Positions 49,891 to 61,319 of a DNA stretch of 64,000 bases are shown piece by piece (positions within the stretch are counted from its first letter, which is position 1; each line of letters opens with the position of its first letter). Origin of the DNA: Ancylonema sp. (Eukaryota); NCBI GenBank assembly GCA_050230475.1, contig JBFLGF010000016.1, positions 62,001 to 126,000 on the forward strand. The letters run 5' to 3'. The notes below the pieces were generated by a model. It did no database searches. It had not been told where the DNA came from and saw nothing but the letters and a program-made list of their open reading frames with translations. The position numbers and the translations under genes are program-made.

Positions 49891-51190
49891 CTATAGTGCA
49901 AATAGAGATATTTAAAGACATCTTTCAATGTGTCGCAATCATGGTGTCGTATTTGAATCCCCATGATAGCTATACAAACACCTTCGTTATTTAATTTTAT
50001 AAATAACGCTCAAAGACATGTTGCAGTGTGCCTTTTCTTTTTGATAGTATCTTATCTCATGCCGTTTATATATAGATTTTCTAAGTAGCAATCTTGCAAA
50101 ATCGATGCAAATGACCAACAACATGCATATATTTATGTCACGACGTCTGAGATCGTTAGCAATATTACCCCTAATAAGTAATAAATCTCTCCCTCGTAAA
50201 AAACCACGTCCGCGCCGCGCCCTACTACGAGATCCGCCTCGCTACAACTTCCGCCCCGTTTGCCGGACTTCCCGAGCTCCAAGTTGTCAGCCTGCGACCC
50301 CGCTCAAGATATGATTATATTTTATTAGTCTTTATTAGTCGTCGATCCGACGTGGCACTTTTGTAACTAGTCCGACTATCCATTAAGTAGGTCTCTACTC
50401 GAATCAGGTAGGTCTCTACTCGATGTGTTGCCGCAGTTGGTGATGCTGACTGCATGCGCTACCGGTTGGTGGGACGTACTTCACTCGGGGAAATTGGTTG
50501 AGTGGAATATGCCTCTCGTTTGCGCGCAGCAGTTGTAGGAGGTTTCATGGCCTCCGAGGTGTGGGTAGGGGTGCTTGCACTAGGAGAAGGTGCAAGACTG
50601 ATGGATGTGAAGGGTGCAGAGCTGGTAGGTGAGGAACGGGGAATTGCTGCTGATTATTCTCCTCGCAGCACATTTTTTCCGATTTCCATCTGCAGCCTCT
50701 GTTCCAGACGAGCAGCTTCTTGGCAAACTTCTTGGAGTTGTGTTGCGTGAAGATTGACCAGGTCCTGCATCTTGTCTTCCAATTTGGAATGCAGTTTGTC
50801 CACGAGAAGATCATACTGCTGGACCCATTTTCTCTTTTCCTCCTCCCAAGCTGTGGCGATGTCGAGTTATGCTTGCACCTCTTTGTAGATAAGCACCGAC
50901 TCTTGTTCCTTGATGAGTTGTGCGATTCTGCGTTTGATTGTTGCGTCTGCCTCTGTTTTGGCCATTTTGAATGCGACGGCTTGAAAACGTTTTTATAGCG
51001 AGATCATAGTGTGGTAACGGTCTCGCAATTCATCCTCCGTGAGCTTGTGTAGCTCATCTGGTTCGAAGGTGTCGTTGTCAGCTCGAGAAAGTTCTGTATC
51101 AAAAGGAATGGTTGAAATGAACTGAGTGTCAGGTATAGAATGTTGAGGTGATGTGGGATTGGTTGGAGTGTCTGAGAATGGAATGGTTGA

Positions 51191-52192
51191 TGTGCTATCT
51201 TCTGCCATCGATGCAAGAAATAACGGATAACAAACAAATAACAAACAAATAACAAACATTCACGACACTACAAACATACACAACAAAAGTGCAAGTTTGA
51301 GGTAGATTAATTGATTGCAAAATTCTGCATGCAAGCTCAGACTCAGTATAATCGAGTGTGATCCGTGCCCCCTCCTAGTCAAAGATCTCTACTGATCGCA
51401 CTATCAATTAAACACCAATCGTAGTCAAGTATTGTGCCAAGTCAACTAATCTTATCGACACCTTTCCTACTCTTATCAACACGGTGCCAAGTGGCCCGAA
51501 GTACCGTACCAGCCAGGGATAACGCGCCAACAAATCGGAAATTGATTGTTAATAGTAGGCTCCAAACAATTGCGCCAGCCAGATTTCAATTAATTAGTAC
51601 GCGCCAAGAGTGTGCGCCAAGAAAATTTTAACTACTAAAAATGATCCAAAAAATAGTTGCGCCAGGTGTTTTCCTTATGAATTAATATGATCCAATCCAA
51701 CTTGCGCCATTATATAGGGACATGAGAGAGCTTTCAACCCTTGGGTTCTAGGCTCCTCGATCTCAGCGACCTTCCAAAATGGGCCAAAGACCGCTTTCCG
51801 TACACGAGCCCGGGGTTCCGCAACTCGAAGCCCAGGGGCGTGGAGCTATTCGTCATTACAAGCACCTCTCGACATAGTAATTATTGAAATATATTTCTCG
51901 ATGTGAGTTCAGAATATTCGCTAAATTCTATTGTTGCGCCAAAATTTCGTCGATTTTAATTATTTATTTGCGCCAAAAGGGTGCGCCAGCAAGGTCAAAA
52001 TAATTAATTCAGTCTGCGCCAAAAACGTGTGGGCCAGGTAAAATGGTAATTATTTTTTGGCACGTTATCTCTGGCTGGTACGGTAACATAATAATCATAT
52101 CGACAGGCAAAACGAAAAAATCGACAAAACTAAACTTAGGCCCTAAAACAAATATTAAAGACAAAAATTCATAAAATCCTCAATAACTAACA
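51191..52192 (-). mobile_element. Copia solo LTR (same family) split by a MITE
   Basis: Shares tcttctgccatcgatgcaagaa and tcgagtgtgatc with the 21958 LTR and ends ...actaaca. TSD gttga / gttgt. Confidence 0.8.
51504..52083. mobile_element. Tc1/mariner-type MITE
   Basis: TIR CCGTACCAGCCAG(G/A)GATAACG(C/T)GCCAA, TA duplication, many internal GCGCCA motifs. Confidence 0.92.
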
Positions 52193-54281
52193 GTTGTTAC
52201 ATTTTAGTTGTATATGATGTTGTTTTTGAAATGTCGGCCGTTTTTCCTCTTTCTTTTGTTTTGCAGTATTTTGTGTTGTTGGCTTTCTAAAATTAACTCC
52301 ATGTGATTATTTCATTCTTTGGTTGTGTAGTAAAATTTATCGGAGAGTCGTAACTACTCGTTTCATTTGATATCATTGATTGAATTGTGGTTTGACCATT
52401 GCCCATCTGTCTCGGTGTCATGACGCTCGAGATCGCTAAGGCGAAACCCCTCTAGATTAATCAGAAACCCCTCTAGATTAATACTCTGCTATAACGAGAG
52501 TATTCGATATAACGAATTTATATAATTAGTACTTTACAAGAGAAAATAGTGAAGTACGGACTTTGTACGACTTGAAAATAACGCGTGGCGTATTTTCCGA
52601 AGTCTAGAATCCAGCAGTCTTCAACAAATAGTTGCGCGTCGATTTTGTGAAAATCACAAGTCTCTTTCGACTTGTCGATAATCCCGGCGATTAAATCCAG
52701 CCGTAGAACTAGAGTAATATCTCGCGCCGCTTTCATCGGAGCGCCGAGATGAATTATAATGTTCTAGAAGCTAGTCAGCCTGTCGCTATCTTCGACAGTT
52801 TAACTCTCGTTAACTCTGCCGGTTAGCACCGCGCAACAACTTTGTGATAAAAGACAAATTGTACTTTCAGATCTGCCAGCTTCCGCTGTCAGATTGCGCT
52901 GTTATGAAATCCCTTCCAACAATCTTCTTTGTTATCTGAATCCTTTGCAATTCTGTGAATATTGCATCCCTTCGCTTACGCGACTTCGCAACGTGCTCGC
53001 CTTCCGACTCAGCCTCACATCCGTCAGCCAGCCGGTAAGATTGCTAATCATTCTTTGCTGTGTGTATTTGATATGTATTTGATTTGATTCATCTGAATCT
53101 GTTGCTGACGCTCTTTTTGAGCCAGCTTGTTAATCGACTGTAATTTCTTACATCGATTCGCCGACGCTCTCTCTAAGCCAGCAAGCGTGTGGTGTGTTAA
53201 ACATCTGTCGATTTGCTCCGCGCTCGCTCCGAACCGGAAATTTCAGTGGTGTGTGTGTGTTTGCTGTCGCTCGCTCCGAGCCAGCATTTGTTGTTTACAC
53301 CTGTCTGCTGACGCTCTTTTTTAGCCAACATCTTTTATCGACGCGCCGTCGATACTTTGCTTTCGCACCGAAAGTAACTCTTACGGATGTTAACCTTGAT
53401 AGTCTCCTCCATACTATCTTGTTTGCTTTATAGTATTTTCACATACTTTTGTACTATGAACCATCTGTGCCCGCCCTCGGCGTTAAGTAGTGAATTTCAC
53501 CAGACCGACGTGTGATAGATATAATATTGATATCTCAGCAGAGACTCAATCTGCAAAACTACTTCAATCCGACCGCGGAAGACCTTGAATTATCAACAAT
53601 TTAAAGTCAGAAAAGGAAAATTGCCTGTTTTTTTTTTTTTTTTTTCCCTTTTGATAACTTTTCTTCTTCTATTTTGTATTCGATGTGCTCGCAAGAGTAG
53701 TGCATGCAGTGGTCACGAGATAGTAGAGGGAGATTAACCAAACTGGAGATAACTAAATTTCATCTGCTGAAATTGTCGATCGACCAGCTGCACCAGCTGT
53801 CGACAATAATTGTCCACGATCACCGGACATTGATATAATTAATATCGAATCACCAACTGCACCAGCTGTTGATACTTATATTCATACTGATATTGACAAT
53901 TCAGCTACACAAGTTGTCAATATCTCGGCATTCCATCTGCCTAGTACCCTTCTCGATAACGATTCTACAACCCAAGTAGAATTAAAATTTGAACCCAACA
54001 AATTGACACGTTCTACATCTGAGCCAGAACATTCTTTGGAACGCCTACCTACAGGCTCCATTAACTTGAAACTTGTTTTGATTATTGACACAGACGACCA
54101 CATCGTCGACACCACAACACTTGTGGCTGGACCATCGACCACTGTTCCCGCCACAACGCCACCAAGCGCTGCACCAACATCCATTTATCGACACAAGATA
54201 AAAGGTGGGACAATCTTTACCATGGCCAACTCAACGCCACTACCGACATATACTGGAGAAACTGGTGTCAAACAAGACGAG

Positions 54282-57120
54282 TTCATCGATAGTTTGAGAC
54301 AGTTAGACGAACTCAACAACGCGCACAGCGTATGGGGCATGTACACTGGGACTGAGTACTTGCAGCAGGTCAGTATATGAAGGCAGAAGCTCATCGAGAA
54401 TGGCAACAGTTTGTACGTGACAACCGTGGTACTACTACTACGGAAGATATTCGAGATATGTACCATGAACATAATTCCAATGTCGCATATTATCGTCTGC
54501 AAGGTAGACAGGATGGACAACATGCACCGATCAAACCCACATTATCGGCAGCAAAACCAACAGAACTGGAACTGTTCATCACTACCATCAAAAATCGTTT
54601 TCGAACTTCAGCTGCAGAATTTGTCACTTAGATCGAAACATTTTCAGCACGACCCAACGACTGTGTTGCAACCACATTTGCACGCTTTAACGAACCAGCA
54701 ACAATTGTTCAAGAGGCAGGAGCCATGACAATAGAACGACTGGCTAGGAGGTATCTACCACATATTCCTCTACCACTACAGTCCTATATCGACGACTGGC
54801 ATTTTCGAGAATCAGAGGAAGGGTACTACAAGAATCCACCGGATCCTCCTATTACCAAGAAGGAAATTATGGAGAAAGCTAACAAGGCTGAATTACTACG
54901 TATGAAACAAGACGCGGAGAACCGCGCAACCGGGATCACCAGATCTCCTAAACTACCTTCATACACTACATCTACTCCATACAATGCTCCTAAACCAACA
55001 GGCGTATTGACGCCACGACAAGATAACAGCATGGAATGCTATAACTGTCACCTGACCGGACACCTTTCGCGTGACTGTCCTGCACCAAGGAAACATAACA
55101 ACTTCCAGTCATCAGGTTACCAGTCTGATAAAAATTTCAAAACCAACCAATCCTCAGGATCACAGTTTAAGGGAGGTGCGTACGGTACTGAAAACAGACA
55201 AACTTCCAAACCACGACCTCGCCAGTTTGATGCAAAACAGTACACCGCTGATGTATTATGTGATTACTGCAAAGGGAAACACCACACCCGAGACCAATGT
55301 CGGAAACTTGCCAAGGCACAGAACTGACTAACTCTCTGTACACCACCCAGTGTAGATACTCAACCCAACCAAATCGGGTGGAAGACTCCTGAGACGCAAA
55401 CAAGTTACCTGGCTATGCAAGTAGACGACTTGGCACGCCAACGAGAATTCGAAAACATGTCGCACCAGACAACGGAATCGGAGGTAATTGACCATACCAT
55501 TCCATGTCAATACCTCATGTCAACCAGACGTTCACCACGGGTGGCTGCGAAAGAAAAGAAGAAACAAGCGGCCATTCAGAAACAAACTCAATTTCATGTT
55601 CCTGTGGTCACTCTCAGCTCTGATGTAGTTTCACCATCGGAATCCACTACAGATTATCACACTCCACCTGTTGATACACCTGTGAATGAAACGCAAGTAC
55701 CACCCTTGCCTGAAACTACACCAATTCATTATCAATCTGATCCTGAACCAAGTAGTTCTATCACTCCATACCCGGAACCTCATCCAGAAACATTGCTTAA
55801 ACAACGAACAAGAGAGGGGGAGGATTACGGTCGCAGACAGGGATACAGTACAAAGATGCCAGACTCATTTGTACCTGATTTTCCTAACATTTTGGAAGCT
55901 GGCACAACAAACATCAACCAGTTCCATAATACTGCTGTCCCTCCACCCATGCCTCTACCACAAGCACAAGCTCTTCACGACATGCTTCATGACCATGTCA
56001 ATATTTTGCGTGCACAACTGCAGATCGCAGAAAAAGCACGAGACAACGCGGCTGCACTTGTCTCAGTTCCATGCAAGAACCTGCAGCCCAATATACCACC
56101 AGTCATGATTGCACTACTTCCTCACCACGCAACTCTTAGAACACCAAATATGGTATTGCACTCCTTCGAAACAACCGTGGGGTGTTAACAATCATGAATG
56201 AGAAACCAAACAAGGTGGTAGTTGACACTGGTGCCATTAAAACCATGATTGGCAGAATCATGGCATCCACACTTGGAATCACACCAAACATGTTGAAACC
56301 TGGGACACCATACATCACCGCATCTAGTGCTCAAGAAATCAGTCTAGGTTCAACCAAGGAAAAATTTCCGATTACCATTGACAGAGGCACACCCAATCCA
56401 ACCACCATTTATATGGAACTCCACATGTCTCCATCCAGAGAATTTGATGTCTTACTGGGCAATGAAATTCTTGGACCCATTGGTGGATACTCTGACCCTT
56501 GGCAACATCTATTCTTTTATAGGGCAAATTGGGAAAGAGGTGGGTTATGCCTAGCATCTTTACCACTCACAATCCAACATCAATCCAACAAATTGGAAGT
56601 GTATATGACAGACAGTGCTTTACCATCTCTGACCCTCACACCTGGGGATCGTGCTGCAGCTCTCCAACAGAAGGAGAAGAAGGCCAAAGCACACCAATCT
56701 GCGAGAGACAGTGAATCTGCACGTGTCAGCCCACGCCGTTCCATTCAATTCAGCTCTCAACCAGAGGAAGCTGTCTTGCTTATCTTACCATCGGTGAAAG
56801 TGGCAGTAGGTGATTATGAGGATAACTACCCCCCTACACCTGGCTCCAAACGCATTGATCCTCCACCTGAGTTCACGACGGACTATGGGGAATTACAAGC
56901 AATTCCGGATACACCCCACCAATCAATAGTACGCAAACGTCTGTACGCTGAGGACAAAATCAAGCGCAAGTGTATTCCTGCAGCACGTGAACAAGCAAAG
57001 TTTAAAGATTTCAACCAACCTATCTCATCTCGAAGCAGTGTGTGTCACACATTTTTTCGCGCTGCTGGATTTGAAGAGACTCCTACTCCTATGGACTTAG
57101 ATCACGGCACGGTATTGCAT
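54282..57120 (+). mobile_element. Gypsy-like gag (two zinc knuckles) and aspartic protease of a DNMT-carrying retroelement, disrupted
   Basis: Zinc knuckles CYNCHLTGHLSRDC and CDYCKGKHHTRDQC; protease VVVDTGA...FDVLLGNEIL. Several stops and frameshifts. No RT downstream within the window. Confidence 0.85.
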
Positions 57121-57825
57121 TTTAGACGGAGGCAAAGTTCCTTTCCAAGCTTGGCGATCTACGGCATCAGCGATTCTTGACGATGCTGATTGTCTGGAAA
57201 TCTGCAAGGGAACAAAGACAAAACCAAATGAAGTCTATCCTGCCTATGATGATGAACATTGGATCACAAATCAAGATGAGTTCGATGAGTACACAGAATA
57301 CATCATAATTTTTCGAAAGAGGACAAAGAAGGCTGTGATGCTACTTATGTCGCTTGTCAATGAGGACATTGCAACAATTCTTGAGCCGTATGAGAGAAAT
57401 TCAAAAGCCATGATGGATTCTCTGAGAGAGGAGTTTGACAAAGTATCACCTGAACTTCAGCAGCTTGCCAAGGAGAAGCTGAACTCCTTTAAAGTGGACG
57501 AGAAGATGCCAGTCCGTGATATCAAGAAGGAGTTCCTGACGATCCTCCGAGAATGCACTCATGAGAACCACAAAGTTAGTGAGGAAGACCTGGTGATGAC
57601 ATTATTTGCTCGGATGGCAATAACAAATTATGGATTGCTAAAGCGGCTCTACTACGGACAGAAAGAGGCACCCGGAATCAAGTGGATCTGGGCACAGATG
57701 GGTGTTGACGAGCTAGACGACAAGAAAGACCAGGGAGTGAAAGATGCAGAAGCGCTGGTGGCCGAAGCAAACTATGCGAAGTGGTCATCTCAGCTAAAAA
57801 TTTCAAATCGAGGCAGAGGTGGAGG
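57121..57825 (+). mobile_element. Copia gag fragment, homologous to the gag at 27500-28790
   Basis: LDGGKVPFQAWRS...ILDDADCLEICKG...FKVDEKMPVRDIK...IWAQMGVDELDDK...NRGRGG aligns with the minus-strand Copia gag. Confidence 0.88.
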
Positions 57826-58480
57826 CATCGTTGTGGACTTCATGGGGGGCTCGGGCTGCCCCAACTTGATGTTGTGCATGGACAACGGCATCCCTATCAA
57901 GACCTACACTTTCGTGGACATCTCTCCGGACGTGCATGTGGTGGCCTGCGCTGTGGTGGCCAAGCAGCATGCCCTCCATCCACACCTTATACCTGCGTCT
58001 ACCATTTAGGGGTTCGATGCCACGCTGCCACAAGACGTCCGAAAGATCGGCCCTATGGACCTGGTCAACCTCACACCCAAGCGGGGCCCCATCGACATGG
58101 TGGCAACTGGCTTCCCCTGTCAACCTATCAGCAGAGCAGGGCCGGGGAGGGGGCAGCGCGACACTCGCTTCCCTATCTTTCCTGCACGATTCTCAACTGG
58201 TGCCAGACGGAGCAGCGTGGCCGGCCAGTAGTCTACCTCCTAGAGAACGTATGCATCGACGCAGACGCTAACACGGCGGTGCTGGACGCGGACAAGCTCA
58301 TCCGTGCCTTCCTGGGGGAGCCCTCGATTTGCATCGACGCTCCCTAGCTCGGTGGCCTTTCCTAGAGGTGACGACGTTTTTGGACCAACTGATGAGTTGG
58401 CCAGCTGCCAGATGACCACCCTCACCCTATGCTGGAGGTCTACCTCGACGACGCGCACTCTCTAGCACCTGTCTTCTATC
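57826..58480 (+). pseudogene. Cytosine-C5 DNA methyltransferase, N-terminal catalytic part (copy A)
   Basis: Motif I IVVDFMGGSG; YTFVDI; LPQDVRKI; motif IV GPIDMVATGFPCQPISRAG (PC at 58115-58120); motif VI YLLENV (58243); motif VIII R*RRFWTN. Contains stops and a frameshift. Confidence 0.92.
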
Positions 58481-58809
58481 GACTACATAGTGGCGGGATA
58501 AGTGGTGGGAATGTCAAATGGTGAGCCGAGGAAGATTTAAATTGGGTTACAAAGACGAAAGTTTCCCATACGTCTTTGATCTCATTCGAGCAGTCAACCA
58601 CTTGACGGAACTCCAAACGTATCCCCCAATATTCATGTTCGAAAACTTTTACCCACTCGGTGGACTCAATCAATAAGTGTTGGATACCACAATCCTCATC
58701 AAATCTTGGCACATTAGCAGTAGTGGATGTTGTCATTTGTGGAAGTACAACACACCGACTGCGATGTAATCTGGACCAACTTCATCACACCATAGATATA
58801 GGAGAATGT

Positions 58810-59200
58810 GTTATCGGACGAGCCGGACCTTCCACCTTTTGAGTTACACTTGGAGAGGTATCATTCATCGGCTCCGGTTTTAGAAAACGACACACCCCCG
58901 TTTGCTACCGTCAACAAGATTGGTGAAAAACGACGTGATCCACGTTTACCCACGTTGGTCTCATTCGCTGGGAGTTACCAATCCGTCATGCAACCAAATG
59001 GAAATCTAGGGCCCGGTATTGTGTACAACCATACACGCCATGACTAAGAGTCCCCAAACATCTAGGAGAGAGAACGAATGATAGGATTTGAACCAAGCGA
59101 TACCAACGCCGAAGGTCTCAACGACTACCGACGTAAACAACTACTTGTACGTTCAATGGATCGCAACATGATGAAGTGCTTAGGTGGCATACTACTCGTT
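58810..59200 (+). pseudogene. Cytosine-C5 DNA methyltransferase, C-terminal part (copy B)
   Basis: TRD-like LPTLVSF, motif IX-like PNI*ERERMIGF and motif X-like RRKQLLVRSMD. In-frame stops. Confidence 0.75.
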
Positions 59201-59667
59201 GTTCACGATACCCCTCTCAAAGATGCGGAATCCAAATCACCCACTCGACCTGGATCATCATCTACGATTAGGGGGGGGGCATGTTACACGGTACCCAAAG
59301 ATTTCCACAATTTACACCTCGACATGGAGTTGGGCGATTTTTTCAACAGCAACGATCAAGCCTTCAATGGATTGTCAATACGTTGTAGACACATCCCCGT
59401 CCTTGGAGCACATCATTCCTCCCGAGTTTGGCAACCTATCATATGGTTCCATTTTACATGTCGACGATACCGAGGATCCACCGACCCCTGCGCCTCTCCT
59501 TTGAGTTAGGGCAGATGTCCATTACAATTACAAATTCATCGATATCGACATTCATTGCTTCATGTCGGTGAACCACGTTATGACGTACATACATCAACTA
59601 ATTACGTCATCAACGAACTTTTACCCTATCGACCCTATCTGGCACGCCATTTGTGCATTCAGGACTA

Positions 59668-60262
59668 CCATAGCGGAGCCTGGTCCATCCCGATCCCCGA
59701 TTAGGAGTGGAGCCGGATTGGACCCTATCCGGATCGGCGCTAGATGTCGCCGAAAATTTCCCCTTCGGATCGGGCCCAACCATAGTTGCACGGAGTGGTT
59801 TCTCGGACTGCGATCGGAGACATAATTGGGACCCACTCGGAAAGGGAATCTATGAGGATTTTTTCCGGGGGGAAATGGACATGTCGGGGACTTTTCGAGA
59901 TGTACATTTTCTTGCATTTTTGCACGATGCACAAGCCAAAATGAAAAACATTTTTTTTTTTCCAGTTTTTTTTTCTCCACGGTGAACCTTTCACATCCCG
60001 AAGAAAAACCGAAAATACCGTACTACCGCCGGTCCGGCATTTTGGCCTAGGAAGATGGACCTCGGTCCGAAATCGGGATGTCGGAACCCCGGTCCGCCGG
60101 TCCGTGTACCTATGGGCCTTTTCTTTAATTATTATTTTAAAGGGGTTTTATGGAACAATAGGGGCATATGTTTTTGTTTTCGGCATTCCGACCGCTTGTC
60201 ACCTAATGTTCGGCGCCGCCGATCCGGATCGGAATTTCCCGATCAAATCGGGCCCAACTACG
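59668..60262. mobile_element. Cluster of hAT-type MITE ends and fragments
   Basis: CATAG/CATAATTGGG starts at 59669, 59781 and 59821, and GGGCCCAAC ends at about 59780 and 60258. Rich in CCGAT / ATCGG motifs and similar to 29970-30040. No clean TSD. Confidence 0.5.
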
Positions 60263-61319
60263 AAAACTACAATAGATCATAACCATTGCGAGGTATCAAA
60301 CATTTTAGAGATATCCACGAAATATATATCCACATGCATACATCTTTGAGGCTTACAACTCGGAGAGTGGTATCAATGACACCACACATACCTAGCATAA
60401 TGTGCATCGCATGCTTACAAACTAATGTTCTTGTGTACATTGTCTCCACTTTTCTTGTGCCTACATAATTTGCCCCCTTAGCATGGCGGTTAATAAATTA
60501 TGTATGGCTTGGATCAATATATATGTGAGGTAGTGAGAAAGTCGGCACCCTTGGTTGTGTCCCACATCATGACAAGGCTCTTCATATTGTAGTTGCATGG
60601 TCGCACGTTATGATAAGGAACTTGCGTGCAAGTTACCCACGGGGGAGATAATCTAATTGACGTCATTTTGGTTTGTCAAATCCCCCGATTGTCAAGTGTA
60701 GGGCTCAAGCTAGCTCTACACTCTAGTTGACGCCTACTCTTTTGCCAAACTTGAAGATGGCCATCGTTGGCTGCATGCGAAATTCCGCACACCGTGGCTC
60801 GAGGCTTCAACATTCATGTAACAATCTGCCGTGAACCTCACTCTGGCGTTGATTGCTCCGGGTCCGGGGGAATTCTTCGATGGCAACTGTCAACTGATGT
60901 CAACTGATGTCAACTGATAATTGAATCTCTCCAATCATATGATACTACAACAAGATCCTGTCTTGACCGTCAAAGGCCACGTGTCTTCGTCTAGTGCCCT
61001 CATTACGCCTTCATTTTCTATGCCGTAAAGTGCTGTGCGTAGCTATTCTTACCAGCTTCAGTTTAAGCTGCGCCACGTTACGTGATTATACGGATCGCTT
61101 GCGTGGTGATTATCCGTTGGCCTCCGCATTCAAATCACCGCGCCCGGGAGGCAGTCACGCGATCTTTCTTCAGTGTCGCATATATTTTTTTTTCTTGGAT
61201 TTTTAAAGTTTAGTATATAGCCCTTTAAACAGGCTACAATTTTGAGCCCAAGTAGGTGTTAGGGGTCGCCGTATTACTTCCGCAATGTCATTTCGTTTTC
61301 AAGCTGATTTTGGCCTAGT

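Noticed and set aside
51520..52060. Spaced GCGCCA repeats, and similar CCTACCG and ATAGTGACA sets elsewhere, as CRISPR-like arrays
   Set aside because: Short, irregularly spaced motifs inside TIR-bounded MITEs; consistent with subterminal transposase-binding sites.
52416..53517. Candidate 5' LTR (TGTCATG...TGTGATA) of the DNMT element
   Set aside because: No second copy, PBS or TSD in the window to confirm the boundaries.
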